DNA from: an uncultured Chloroflexia bacterium
GTDB lineage: Bacteria; Chloroflexota; Limnocylindria; Limnocylindrales; CSP1-4
Assembly (NCBI GenBank): GCA_963712745.1
Contig: CAVQJC010000014.1
Location: forward strand, 1 to 64,000
Length of the DNA: 64,000 nucleotides
Direction: 5' to 3'
Shown here one piece after another: positions 52,171 to 64,000 of this stretch. The notes beneath the pieces are model-generated. The model was not told the DNA's origin. It saw only the letters and a program-made list of their open reading frames with translations, and ran no database searches. The position numbers and the translations under genes were made by a program. How positions within the stretch are numbered: position 1 is the first letter of the stretch; the number at the start of each line of letters is the position of its first letter.

Positions 52171-53712
52171 CTACCAGATGGGGGTGTTCTGGTCGACCGC
52201 ACCGAGCCAGGCTGCGACGTCCTGCAGGAAGGCACCCGCCTGGGCACCGTCGGTGGCCCGGTGATCGATGGCGATGCACATGTTCATCATCGAGCGGACA
52301 GCGATGGCGTCGCCCTGGTCCTCCAGCACGACCGGCCGCTTCACGATCTTCTCCATGGTGATGATGGCGACCTCGGGCACGTTGATGATCGGCAGCGTCA
52401 GGATAGAGCCGGTCCAGCCGGTGTTGTCGACGGTGAAGGTGCCGCCCTCGAGATCCTCCGGCCGAAGCTTCTTGTTGCGGGCCCGCTTGGCCAGGTCGTT
52501 GATGGCGGCGTTGAGGCCGTGGAGGCTGAGGTCCTGCGCATTCTTGATGACCGGCACCACGAGACCGTCGTCGACGGCTACGGCGATGCCGATGTTGATG
52601 GCCTTTCGACGCCAGTGCCCTTCTTCGGTCCAGTGGGCGTTGAAGTCGGGGAAGCGGCGCAGGGCCTCGACACAGGCCTTGGTCATGTAGGCCACGTAGC
52701 TCATCGACATGCCTTCGCGCGACTTGTAGTCGGCATTGACGGCAGCGCGGGCCTTGACCACCGGGGTCATGTCGACCTCGATGGTGATGTAGGCAGCCGG
52801 CACTTCGACGAAGCGCTGCATGTGCCTGGCGATGGCCTTGCGCATGGGCGTGAGCTGCTTGAGCGAGTCGCCGTGCTTGACGGGGGAGTCGGTGGGGTCG
52901 GCAGCGGGCGGGGCGGGTGCCAGGGCTGGCGCGGGTGTCAGGGCTGGTGCGGATGCCAGGGCTGGTGCAGGTGCCAGGGCTGGCGCGGGTGCCAGGGCTG
53001 GCGCAGGTGCCAGGGCTGGCGCGGGTGCCAGGGCTGGTGCCCCCGAAGCGGGGGCCGGACCGGAGCCGTTGGTCGCGCCGGCCGAAGCTGCCTCGACGTC
53101 AGCGCGGGTGATGCGGCCGCCCATGCCCGAGCCGGCGATGGCGGTGACGTCCACCCTCAGCTCGCGTGCCAGGCGACGCACGGCCGGGGTCATACGCATG
53201 TTGGTGGGGACGACGACAGGGGCCGCTGGGGCGGCGGTGGCCGGTGCCGTGGTCGGCATGGGGGTCGCGGGGGCCTGGGTCGCTGGTGCCTGGGCCGCAG
53301 GTGCGGGGGTCGGCTGTGCCTGGGTCGCTGGTGCCTGGGCCGCAGGTGCCTGGGCCGCAGGTGCGGGCGGCGGCGGCTCGGCTCCAACGGCCGTAGCGCC
53401 GGCCGCCTCGCCCGACGTGCCCGGGGCCGCCGCCGCATCTGCCGGTTCGGCTGACGCTCCCGGAGCGGCCGTCGCGCCGGCCGCGTCCACCTCGGCGATG
53501 GGCGCATCGTTGCCCACGGTGTCGCCCTCGGAGACGAGGATCTTGGTGAGGGTGCCCTCGAACGGTGAAGGGACCTCGGCGTTGACCTTGTCGGTCACGA
53601 CTTCGACCAGTGGGTCGCCCACGCGAACGGGGTCGCCGACGGCCTTGAGCCACTTCCCGATGGTGCCCTCTTCGACGCCTTCACCGAGCTGGGGCATGGT
53701 CACCTGGGGCAT
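52171..53712 (-). CDS. 2-oxoacid dehydrogenase E2 (dihydrolipoamide acyltransferase)
   Basis: Lipoyl domain TDKV, E3-binding TPAVRRLA...GRITRAD, catalytic DHRATDG. Confidence 0.95.
   Translation of the reverse strand: MPQVTMPQLGEGVEEGTIGKWLKAVGDPVRVGDPLVEVVTDKVNAEVPSPFEGTLTKILVSEGDTVGNDAPIAEVDAAGATAAPGASAEPADAAAAPGTSGEAAGATAVGAEPPPPAPAAQAPAAQAPATQAQPTPAPAAQAPATQAPATPMPTTAPATAAPAAPVVVPTNMRMTPAVRRLARELRVDVTAIAGSGMGGRITRADVEAASAGATNGSGPAPASGAPALAPAPALAPAPALAPAPALAPAPALASAPALTPAPALAPAPPAADPTDSPVKHGDSLKQLTPMRKAIARHMQRFVEVPAAYITIEVDMTPVVKARAAVNADYKSREGMSMSYVAYMTKACVEALRRFPDFNAHWTEEGHWRRKAINIGIAVAVDDGLVVPVIKNAQDLSLHGLNAAINDLAKRARNKKLRPEDLEGGTFTVDNTGWTGSILTLPIINVPEVAIITMEKIVKRPVVLEDQGDAIAVRSMMNMCIAIDHRATDGAQAGAFLQDVAAWLGAVDQNTPIW
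52916..53041. repeat. Coding 18-bp tandem repeat (~7x APALAP) in the E2 linker
   Basis: ggtgccagggctggcgcg-like units. Confidence 0.85.
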
Positions 53713-53796
53713 GAGTCGACTCCTGGGAATTCCGTTCGCTGGACTGGGATGGGCACTACTCGAGTCAAGGACTCCATGATAGCGACCCCTCCGATT

Positions 53797-53817
53797 CGGA
53801 CCCTGATACAGGGTCCG
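53797..53817. promoter_or_regulatory. Perfect palindrome upstream of the HTH-nuclease gene
   Basis: cggaccctg-ata-cagggtccg. Confidence 0.6.
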
Positions 53818-53867
53818 TGAAGTGCCGGGTAACGGCGTGTGAAGCGAGCATCGGCACCATCGGCGCC

Positions 53868-54596
53868 ATGGACGACGTACGCATCGGCAATACCCTCCGC
53901 GTCATCCGCATCCGCAAGCACCTGCGCCAGTGCGACGTCGCCCGCCGCGCCGGCGTTTCGCGCCAGGTCGTCGGCCGACTCGAGAACGGATACGCGGGCC
54001 GATACACGCTCGACACCATCCGCTCGATCGCGAACGCCCTCGGCGCTCGCTACGACGGACGGCTGCACTACCGGGGCGCCGAGCTCGATCGTATCGTCAA
54101 CGCCGCCCACGCCGAGCTCCACGAGTCGGTCGCTGCACACCTCGAACGCCTGGATGGCTGGACATGGCTGCCCGAGGTGACCTTCGCCCACTACGGCGAA
54201 CGCGGCATCATCGACATCCTCGCCTGGCATGCGGAGACGCGTAGCCTCCTCATCATCGAGTTGAAGACCGAGCTGGTCGACCCCCAGGGTCTGGTAGCGG
54301 TGATGCATCGTCGTGTTCGCCTCGGTCGCACGGTCGCGCGACAGCACGGCTGGGATCCCTCCTCGGTGAGCGCGTGGGTCATCATCCGCGACACCGCCAC
54401 CGAGCGGCGCCGTGCGAAGAGGCACGCACAGCTGCTTCGCAAGGCGTTCCCGCACGAGGGTAGGACCGCGCGTGCATGGCTATCGCACCCACGCGGCCGA
54501 CTCAGCGCTCTGTCCTTCTGGTCAGATGTCACGCCGGGTGGCGCTAGCAAGGTGCCCGTGCGCACTCAGCGCGTCCGGGTTGCTCATCGGCCCTAG
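53868..54596 (+). CDS. XRE-HTH protein fused to a PD-(D/E)XK nuclease-like domain
   Basis: LRQCDVARRAGVSRQVVGRLENG HTH; PEVTF...GIIDILAW...LLIIELKT (E...D...ExK). Confidence 0.8.
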   Translation: MDDVRIGNTLRVIRIRKHLRQCDVARRAGVSRQVVGRLENGYAGRYTLDTIRSIANALGARYDGRLHYRGAELDRIVNAAHAELHESVAAHLERLDGWTWLPEVTFAHYGERGIIDILAWHAETRSLLIIELKTELVDPQGLVAVMHRRVRLGRTVARQHGWDPSSVSAWVIIRDTATERRRAKRHAQLLRKAFPHEGRTARAWLSHPRGRLSALSFWSDVTPGGASKVPVRTQRVRVAHRP

Positions 54597-54709
54597 ACCC
54601 CGCAGGAGCCAAGCGTGACCGGACATGTCGGAGATCGCTGTTGACGTGCCCTGGCCGACGGGGCGGCCGACCATCTGGCTAGGGCCACCGAGGATGACAT
54701 CTGACTAGA
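54517..54709. other. Long imperfect inverted repeat overlapping the 3' end of the HTH-nuclease gene
   Basis: 54517-54531 pairs with 54695-54709 (14/15) and 54537-54548 with 54678-54689 (11/12), colinear. Confidence 0.7.
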
Positions 54710-54730
54710 TGGCGGCGAGGCCGCCAGCGC

Positions 54731-54830
54731 GGGCCTGTCGCCAGCGGCCGAGGCCTGTCGCCAGCGGCCGAGGCCTGTCGCCAGCGGCCGAGGCCTGTCG
54801 CCAGCGGCCGAGGCCTGTCGCCAGCGGCCG
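54731..54830. repeat. 20-bp tandem repeat x5
   Basis: (a/g)ggcctgtcgccagcggccg x5. Confidence 0.93.
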
Positions 54831-54858
54831 CGCGCAGCCGCGCCCCACGGCCGCGGAG

Positions 54859-56292
54859 CTAGAAGTTGATGGACTTGCCGTCGACGGCCATGGCCGCCTC
54901 GCCCATCGTCTCGGAGAGCGTGGGGTGCGGGTGGACGGCAGAGCCGACCTCCCAGGCGGTGGCCTCGAGCAGCATAGCCGTGGAGGACTCGGCGATGAGC
55001 TCGGTGACCTGATGGCCGATCATGTGCACGCCCAGCAGCTCGTCGGTCTCGGCGTCGGCGATGACCTTGACGAAACCGGTGGTGTCGCCCTCGATGATGG
55101 CCTTGCCCGACGCCATCATCGGCATCTTGCCGACCTTGGTCTTGAGGCCGCGCTCCGCGCACTGCTCGGAGGTGAGGCCGATCGAGGCCACCTGCGGCCG
55201 CGAGTACGTCGCTCGCGGCATCTTCACGTAGTCGATCTCCTCGACCTCGAGCCCGGCGATGGCGTGCACCGCGGCGATGCCCTCGTGCGTGGCCACGTGC
55301 GCGAGCCACAATCCGCCGGCGATGTCGCCCACGGCATACAAGTGCGGGTCGGCGGTGCGCATCTCCGCGTCGGTCTGGACGATGCCGCGGTCCACCACCG
55401 CACGCGTCGTCTCGAGACCGATGTCCTCGACATTGGCAGCTCGACCTGTGGCAACCAGCATCTGCTCGGCACGCAGCTCGGCCGGCTCGGCGCCCTCGGG
55501 GCCAACCATCAGCGACACGCCCGAGTCGTCTGCCTTGACCGCTCCCGTGTCGAAGCGCGCCGAGGTGATGACCTTGATGCCGCGCTTCTTGAAGGCGCGC
55601 GCCATCTCCCTCTGGATCTCACCGTCTTCGAGCGGCACCAAGCCCGGCAGATACTCGAGCACGGTGACCTCGGCACCCATGTCGTGGTAGTAGGAGGCGA
55701 ACTCGACACCCACCGCACCGGCGCCCACGACGATGATCGACTCGGGCATATGCGAGGAGCGGAGCACGTCGTCGGACGTAACGATGCGCTCGCCATCCGG
55801 CACCAGCCCCGGCAGCGATTTGACCCGCGAGCCGGTGGCCACGATCACGTCCGTGGCCTTGAGGATGGTCTCGCCGGTCGACTTGCCCTCGCTGTCGGTC
55901 GTCTTCACCCGGACCTGCTGCGGGCCTTCGAGCCGGCCGCGGCCGACGATGTACTCGACCTTGTTCTTCTTGGCCAGACTGGTCACGCCCTTCACCAGGC
56001 GCGAGACGATCCGGTCGCGCCGCTTGGCGATGGCCTCAGGGTCGGCCGATACGTCGGCGGCCGAGATGCCGAACTCGGTCGAGTGCTTCATGTGGTCGAG
56101 CAAGTCGGCCGAAGCGAGCATGGCCTTGGTCGGGATACAGCCGATGTGCAGGCAGGTGCCTCCGAGGCCCATGGGGTTGTCGTCCACGAGGGCGACCTTG
56201 AGCCCCAGCTGGCCGGCGCGGAACGCGGCGCCGTAGCCGCCGGTGCCGCCGCCGAGGACGACGATGTCGAAGGACTGGGTTTCGTTGGGCAC
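54859..56292 (-). CDS. lpdA: Dihydrolipoamide dehydrogenase
   Basis: GGGTGG, GGTCLHIGCIPTK, ATGS, GAGAVGVE, YAVGD, HPHPTLSE. Confidence 0.97.
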   Translation of the reverse strand: MPNETQSFDIVVLGGGTGGYGAAFRAGQLGLKVALVDDNPMGLGGTCLHIGCIPTKAMLASADLLDHMKHSTEFGISAADVSADPEAIAKRRDRIVSRLVKGVTSLAKKNKVEYIVGRGRLEGPQQVRVKTTDSEGKSTGETILKATDVIVATGSRVKSLPGLVPDGERIVTSDDVLRSSHMPESIIVVGAGAVGVEFASYYHDMGAEVTVLEYLPGLVPLEDGEIQREMARAFKKRGIKVITSARFDTGAVKADDSGVSLMVGPEGAEPAELRAEQMLVATGRAANVEDIGLETTRAVVDRGIVQTDAEMRTADPHLYAVGDIAGGLWLAHVATHEGIAAVHAIAGLEVEEIDYVKMPRATYSRPQVASIGLTSEQCAERGLKTKVGKMPMMASGKAIIEGDTTGFVKVIADAETDELLGVHMIGHQVTELIAESSTAMLLEATAWEVGSAVHPHPTLSETMGEAAMAVDGKSINF

Positions 56293-56340
56293 GGTGGACC
56301 TCGGAAGAACGTGATTCGGACGGGTGCGATGGTAGCAAAG

Positions 56341-56637
56341 CACCCGCATCGCGCTCGCTTCAGACCGGCGCCACACCTGCATCGCGCTCGCTTCAGACCG
56401 GCGCCACACCTGCATCGCACTCGCTTCAGACCGGCGCCACACCTGCATCGCGCTCGCTTCAGGCCGGCGCCACACCTGCATCGCGCTCGCTTCAGACCGG
56501 CGCCACACCTGCATCGCACTCGCTTCAGACCGGCGCCACACCTGCATCGCACTCGCTTCAGACCGGCGCCACACCTGCATCGCACTCGCTTCAGACCGGC
56601 GCCACACCTGCATCGCACTCGCTTCAGACCGGCGCCA
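56341..56637. repeat. 33-bp tandem repeat x9 between divergent lpdA and plsY
   Basis: cacctgcatcgc(g/a)ctcgcttcagaccggcgcca, contiguous, no spacers. Confidence 0.95.
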
Positions 56638-56669
56638 CACCCAAATCGGCCGACCTATACTCGCCCCGC

Positions 56670-57338
56670 GTGGACGACCTACCCCTGACCCTCCTCCTGC
56701 TCGCCATGGGCTATCTCGCCGGCTCGCTGCCGATGGGCGTCATCGTGGCCCGCCTCACCGGCGGCACCGACCCCCGGACCGTCGGCTCCGGCCGCACCGG
56801 CGGCACCAACATGCTGCGCGCCGGCGGTTGGGGCCGGGCCATCGCGGTCGCCTCACTCGACCTGGCCAAGGGCGCCGTGCCGATCCTCGTCGCCCGGGCT
56901 CTCGGTGCCCCGGTCGAAGTCCAGGCACTGACCGGCCTGGCCGCCGTCCTGGGCAGCTGGAAGTCGGTCTTCCTGGGTTTCCACGGCGGGCGCGGGGTGG
57001 CCACCGGCGTCGGCGGCATGATCGCCATCGCACCCTGGATCATCCCCATCGCGCTGCCTGCCTTCGCCATCGTCATCTGGACCACGCGCTACGTGTCGCT
57101 GGGCTCGATCCTGGGGACCGCCTTCGGGGCCGGCGTGGTCATCGTGGCGATCGCGCTCGGCTGGCTCGACCCCGGCTGGCTGCTCTACGTCATCCCCGGC
57201 GAGATCATCGTGTGGGTCGCCCACCGCGACAACATCTCGCGCCTGCTGGCGGGGACCGAACGGAAGTTCCAGCCAGGCGACCGCGCGCCTACCCCGCCTC
57301 CGGGTTCAGAGACTCCCGAGGAACCGACCGAGTCCTAG
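56670..57338 (+). CDS. plsY: Glycerol-3-phosphate acyltransferase
   Basis: GYLAGSLPMG, GSGRTGGTN, DLAKG, FHGGRGVAT, YVSLGS, HRDNISRLLAGTE. Confidence 0.94.
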   Translation: MDDLPLTLLLLAMGYLAGSLPMGVIVARLTGGTDPRTVGSGRTGGTNMLRAGGWGRAIAVASLDLAKGAVPILVARALGAPVEVQALTGLAAVLGSWKSVFLGFHGGRGVATGVGGMIAIAPWIIPIALPAFAIVIWTTRYVSLGSILGTAFGAGVVIVAIALGWLDPGWLLYVIPGEIIVWVAHRDNISRLLAGTERKFQPGDRAPTPPPGSETPEEPTES

Positions 57339-57547
57339 CCCTGTCCGCCCCGGCCGAGCAACGAGCGCACCAGCACCAGGACGGTGCCGACCACGAGCAC
57401 GAGCACGACCACCGGCATGGCGGCCAGGGCACCGTCGGCCCCCGGCAGCAAAGCGCTGGCCACGCTGGCGAGGAGCACGCCTGCGGCGAGCGCGGCGATG
57501 AGCAGCACCACCCGCCGGTCACGAGGGACGTGCCGTGGCTCTTCCAC
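57335..57547 (-). CDS. Small two-TM membrane protein
   Basis: 70 aa with two hydrophobic helices, starting 2 bp downstream of nnrE. Confidence 0.55.
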   Translation of the reverse strand: MEEPRHVPRDRRVVLLIAALAAGVLLASVASALLPGADGALAAMPVVVLVLVVGTVLVLVRSLLGRGGQG

Positions 57548-57549
57548 GG

Positions 57550-58353
57550 TCAGGAGAGGTCAGCCTGCAGGGGGATGCCGATGGGCGCCACGAGGACCCG
57601 CCCCGCCAACAGTCGCGTGCGCTTCCTCAGGCCCTCCTTGGGCCGGTGGAAGGTGATGGTCACGTCCGCCCGCACCACCGGGTCGGAGGCCTCGCCGCTG
57701 GTCAGGTCGATCGAGGTAGGCGTATCCACGGCCAGCACCGGCACGCCGCCCTCCCTCGCGCGTACGACGACGTCGACCGCGGTTCGGATGGGCTCGCGCA
57801 ACAGTCCGCTCACGCCGGTGCCGAGCAGCGCGTCGATGACCAGGCCCGCCCGCTCGATGCCGTTGAGGTAGAGGGCCACGTCGGAGTCACGCGATGTCGC
57901 GACCCGGTTGATGATGTCGAAGCCGTCGAGACGATTCCAGTTGAGCAGGGCATCGGGCGTGGTGGGCGACCCGCTGCTCGAGAGGAGCACGACCTCCGAG
58001 GCGATCCCTTGACCAGCCAGCAGCCGCGCTGCGACGAGGCCGTCGCCACCGTTGTTGCCCGGGCCGCAGAGGATGAGCACGACCGACCGCAGCGGACGGT
58101 CGTTCGAGACCATCAGGGCCCTGGCCGCCGCAGCGACGGCCGTGCCCGCCTGCTCCATGAGCCAGGCCCCGGGCGTACCCAGCCGCTGGGCCCGCACGTC
58201 GGCGCCGCTCATCTCCTCCCCCGTCATCGGCTCCAGGGCAGCCTGCTCGCGCCAGCGTTCGGTGAGCGCTTCGATGTCGGTGTCGGACTCGAAGATGAAC
58301 GGATCAGAAGCCGGCAGGGGGAGACCGGTGGTGGGGTCGAGGGTCGGTGTCAT
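57550..58353 (-). CDS. nnrE: NAD(P)H-hydrate epimerase (stand-alone YjeF-N)
   Basis: LMEQAG, LCGPGNNGGDG, IDALLGTG, AVDTPTS, TITF, APIGIP. Confidence 0.92.
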   Translation of the reverse strand: MTPTLDPTTGLPLPASDPFIFESDTDIEALTERWREQAALEPMTGEEMSGADVRAQRLGTPGAWLMEQAGTAVAAAARALMVSNDRPLRSVVLILCGPGNNGGDGLVAARLLAGQGIASEVVLLSSSGSPTTPDALLNWNRLDGFDIINRVATSRDSDVALYLNGIERAGLVIDALLGTGVSGLLREPIRTAVDVVVRAREGGVPVLAVDTPTSIDLTSGEASDPVVRADVTITFHRPKEGLRKRTRLLAGRVLVAPIGIPLQADLS

Positions 58354-58354
58354 G

Positions 58355-59279
58355 TCAGCTCGATGGTAGGCGCACCGACCCATCGGCGGAGCGTTCCACG
58401 AGTCCATCGCGCTCCAGTGCGATGAGCGCAGCGCAGGATCTCCTCCTCGCCATGCGTCCCCATGGCCGATGGCAGCTGCTCCCAGGCGCCGTCATCGAGG
58501 GAGCGCAGGTGCTCGACGATGCGGCCACGGAGCCAGCGCGTCGTACGCTCGAAGGGGACCTGTTCCGAATCGGAGTGGCGCCCGGGCGTCTCGACCCGTC
58601 CGGCGCTGGCACACCAGTCGCTCACCGGGCACTCCTCACAGCGCGGGCGCCGGGAGACGCAGACGGTGGCGCCGAGTTCCATCGAGGCCTGCGTCCAGGT
58701 GGCTGGGTCGCCGAGGTCGACCAGCCCATCGGCCTCGGCTTGCAGTTGGCGTACGCTCATCGACAGCCCGAGCACACGCGAGACCACGCGACGAACGTTC
58801 GTGTCCACCGCCGCCACCGGCTGCCCGAAGGCGATGGCCGCGACCGCCCTGGCGGTGTACGGGCCGACCCCGGCCAATCCTTGCAGCGCAGCGAGGTCAG
58901 GTGGGACTCTCCCGTCGTGGTCGGCCTCGATAGCCGCGGCGGCACGCTGCAGGTTCACTGCCCGGCGGTTGTAGCCCAGTCCGGCCCAGGCCCGCAGCAC
59001 CTCGGCGGTCGAGGCCGCGGCCAGCGCGCGCGGCGATGGGTAGCGCGCCATGAACTCGTACCAGGCCTCGTCGACCCGCGCGATCTGCGTCTGCTGGGCC
59101 ATGACCTCCGAGACGAGGATGGCCCACGGATCGCGCGTTGAGCGGATGCGGAGCGGCCTCGCTCGCGGTCCGTACCATGCCAGCAAGGCTCTCTGGAAGC
59201 GCCGGCGGCGGGTGCCACGAAGCGACCCGAACCACCCGCTACCAGGACCATCTGCACCTGAACGTGTCGATTCCTTCAT
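58355..59279 (-). CDS. mutY: A/G-specific adenine glycosylase (short form; frameshift near 3' end)
   Basis: LVSEVMAQQT, WAGLGYNRRA, HhH GVGPYTA, VDTNVRR, Fe-S motif CxxxxxxCxxCxxxxxC. Confidence 0.92.
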
Positions 59280-59325
59280 CTCCGGTATACCCACTTTCGC
59301 CGAAGGTCGGGCACAATGCCCAGGA

Positions 59326-62112
<2,787 letters not shown>

Positions 62113-62177
62113 CCGGCGCCCGTCGGCACGTCCTGGCCAGGGACCCATCCGGTTCCCGGAGTCGGCCGGGCTGTAGC

Positions 62178-62212
62178 CACCGCGGCCGACGCGATCACCG
62201 CGGCCGACGCGA
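62178..62212. repeat. 18-bp tandem duplication
   Basis: caccgcggccgacgcga(t) x2. Confidence 0.7.
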
Positions 62213-62263
62213 CCTCCCCGCCTGCACACAGCAGCGACATCTGAAGGCGCTACCCTCCGGGCC

Positions 62264-64000
62264 ATGCCCCTCGAGGAATTCCGACGCAAGCGCGACTTCG
62301 AGCGCACGTCCGAGCCCGCAGGAGCCGCGCAGGGGGCTGGCGGCCCACTCGTGCGCCGCTTCGTCGTGGGCCGCCACCGTGCGAGTCGCCTGCACTACGA
62401 CCTGCGCCTTGAGATCGACGGCGTCCTCGTCAGCTGGGCAATTCCGCGTGGTCCGTCGATGGCTCCGCTCGCCAAGCGCCGCGCGGCGCGCACCGAGGAT
62501 CACCCGCTCGAGTACCTCGACTTCGAAGGCATCATCCCCGCCGGCCAGTACGGCGGTGGCGATGCCATCGTCTGGGACCATGGCATCTGGACCCCGGAGC
62601 TGGCCGAGGATCCGGCCAGGTCGGTCGTAGTCGGGGAGCTGAAGTTCGTCCTCCACGGAGAGCGGCTCCGAGGCCGTTTCGCCCTCGTGCGTACCGGCAC
62701 CGAGCGCGGCAGGGAGGACTGGCTGCTGATCCGCAAGCGCGAGAGCGCGGTCGAGGACTGGGACATCGAGGCCCTGCGCACATCGGTCCTGACCGGCCGT
62801 ACCAACGAGGAGGTGGCGGCCGGGGAGCCGGCAGCGCCCGGTTGGGAGCGTCGGCGGCTGGGCGATCTTGGCCGCGCAGCCAGGCCGGCACGGATGCCGG
62901 CCTTCATCGAGCCCATGCTGGCCACGCCGGTCGATCGGCCCTTCAGCGGACCCGACTGGCTCTTCGAGTTGAAGCTCGACGGCTATCGCGTGCAGGCGGT
63001 GGTGCGCGAGGGCGCGGTACGGCTGTGGACACGCAGGCGCAAGGACGCGAGCACCTACTTTCCCGTGTTCGGATCGCTGGCACCCGACTGGATCGCGGCG
63101 TCGCAAGCGGTGGTGGATGGCGAGATGGTGGCCCTCGACGCTGATGGCCGGCCAGCCTTCGGCCTGCTGCAGGAGCTGGCCGGCATGCGCGGCCTGGGCG
63201 TCAGGCGGCGCGAGCGCCTGCCCGCGGCCACGGGCGACGGGCCGCGAGGCGAGGGCAGGCTGGTGTATCACGCGTTCGACCTGCTCCATCTCGAGGGCCA
63301 CTCGCTCCTCGACGTACCACTCGAGGAGCGAAAGCGGCTGCTGCGGCTGCTGCTCGTGGAGCACCCCCAGGTCCGCTTCGTCAGCCACGTAGCGGAGCAC
63401 GGTGAGGACTTCGGGGCCGCTGTCATGGCCCAACGACTGGAGGGCAGCATGGCCAAGCGCAGGGACAGCCGGTATGAGCCCGGTACCCGGTCGCGAGCGT
63501 GGCTCAAGATCAAGGCTCGACGAGAGCAGGAGCTCGTGCTCATCGGCTACGAGCCAGGCCAGGGCAGCCACAAGGAGCTGGGCTCGGTACTGGTCGCGAC
63601 GCACGAGTCCGATGGCTGGCGCTTCGCAGGGCACGTCGGGAGCGGCCTGGACGGCCGGGCTCGCAAGGAACTCAGAGCGCTCGTGGAGGAGTCTGCGCTG
63701 CCGGCTTCGGCGGTGCCGGGGGTACCGGACTCACCCAGCGCTCGCTACTGCCAGCCGCGCCACGTCATCCGCGCGCAGTTCGGCGAATGGACCCTGGATG
63801 GCCTGCTGCGACAGGCGGCCTACAAGGGCCGCGAGCCCGATCGCGATCCGCTGACGGTCTCGCGAGAGATCGCCGAGCCGGCACCCGGGAGCAGGCCCGA
63901 GCCGGGCAGGGCGTCCGCACTGGCTGATGCCGCCTCGCCACACGAGCTGGAGGCCCTCGAAACGCTGGGCGAGGGTGGCCGCTGGGAGGTGGGCGGACAC
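62264..64000 (+). CDS. ligD: NHEJ DNA ligase D (phosphoesterase and ATP-dependent ligase domains), truncated by the window end
   Basis: My own translation (absent from the ORF track because there is no stop in the window): MPLEEFRRKRDF, HRASRLHYDLRLE, SWAIPRGPS, EPMLA, ELKLDGYR, DGEMV, FDLL, EG, WLKIK. Confidence 0.93.
   Translation, partial: MPLEEFRRKRDFERTSEPAGAAQGAGGPLVRRFVVGRHRASRLHYDLRLEIDGVLVSWAIPRGPSMAPLAKRRAARTEDHPLEYLDFEGIIPAGQYGGGDAIVWDHGIWTPELAEDPARSVVVGELKFVLHGERLRGRFALVRTGTERGREDWLLIRKRESAVEDWDIEALRTSVLTGRTNEEVAAGEPAAPGWERRRLGDLGRAARPARMPAFIEPMLATPVDRPFSGPDWLFELKLDGYRVQAVVREGAVRLWTRRRKDASTYFPVFGSLAPDWIAASQAVVDGEMVALDADGRPAFGLLQELAGMRGLGVRRRERLPAATGDGPRGEGRLVYHAFDLLHLEGHSLLDVPLEERKRLLRLLLVEHPQVRFVSHVAEHGEDFGAAVMAQRLEGSMAKRRDSRYEPGTRSRAWLKIKARREQELVLIGYEPGQGSHKELGSVLVATHESDGWRFAGHVGSGLDGRARKELRALVEESALPASAVPGVPDSPSARYCQPRHVIRAQFGEWTLDGLLRQAAYKGREPDRDPLTVSREIAEPAPGSRPEPGRASALADAASPHELEALETLGEGGRWEVGGH

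Noticed and set aside
52916-53041. E2 internal repeat as a novel element
   Set aside because: Ala/Pro-rich linkers of variable length are normal for E2 subunits.
51097-53454. Long antisense ORFs (785 aa here; also 54709-56688, 59500-60807 and 62195-63634)
   Set aside because: These are shadow frames of well-supported genes in high-GC DNA.
56341-56637. CRISPR array
   Set aside because: The units are contiguous with no unique spacers, and there are no cas genes in the window.
56293-56640. Repeat-encoded N-terminal extension of LpdA (WRRSEASAMQV x9)
   Set aside because: The frame is open only because the 33-bp unit lacks stops; a -10 element, a GAGG and GTG 56292 give a normal-length LpdA.

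Overview
GC-rich bacterial chromosomal window. Gene content and leaderless promoters suggest Chloroflexota, possibly Limnocylindria; this is inference only. It looks like a long-read or metagenomic assembly with patchy indel errors (about 1-11 kb, 17 kb and 28-29.5 kb). Contents in order: a minus-strand surface-glycan cluster (ugd, uxs, an oppositely oriented galE, a GH2-GT2 fusion, an ABC exporter and an APH-like kinase) preceded by an ECF sigma/anti-sigma pair; a NarL-type two-component system with an FtsX/LolD-type ABC transporter; a GGDEF-EAL protein; an accessory patch with a vapBC-type TA pair and two internally deleted gene remnants; assorted metabolic genes; tRNA-Glu(CTC); a tagatose-type sugar locus; a sensor-domain/MFS/substrate-binding-protein trio; lipA, E2 and lpdA, interrupted by an HTH-PD-(D/E)XK nuclease gene; plsY, nnrE, mutY, a class A PBP, and ligD running off the end. 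Best leads: (1) the nuclease cassette, with an upstream palindrome, a ~190-nt hairpin overlapping its 3' end and a tandem array; (2) the SBP + sensor-MFS + orphan sensor module; (3) an apparent ~1-kb inversion of galE with 4-bp microhomology; (4) a shared ECF promoter motif and phased GTTA repeats tying the sigma factor to the glycan operon; (5) three DnaA-box-like repeats and a structured leader before an unknown gene. No CRISPR array, transposase or integrase was found. All calls come from reading motifs by eye; no searches were run.
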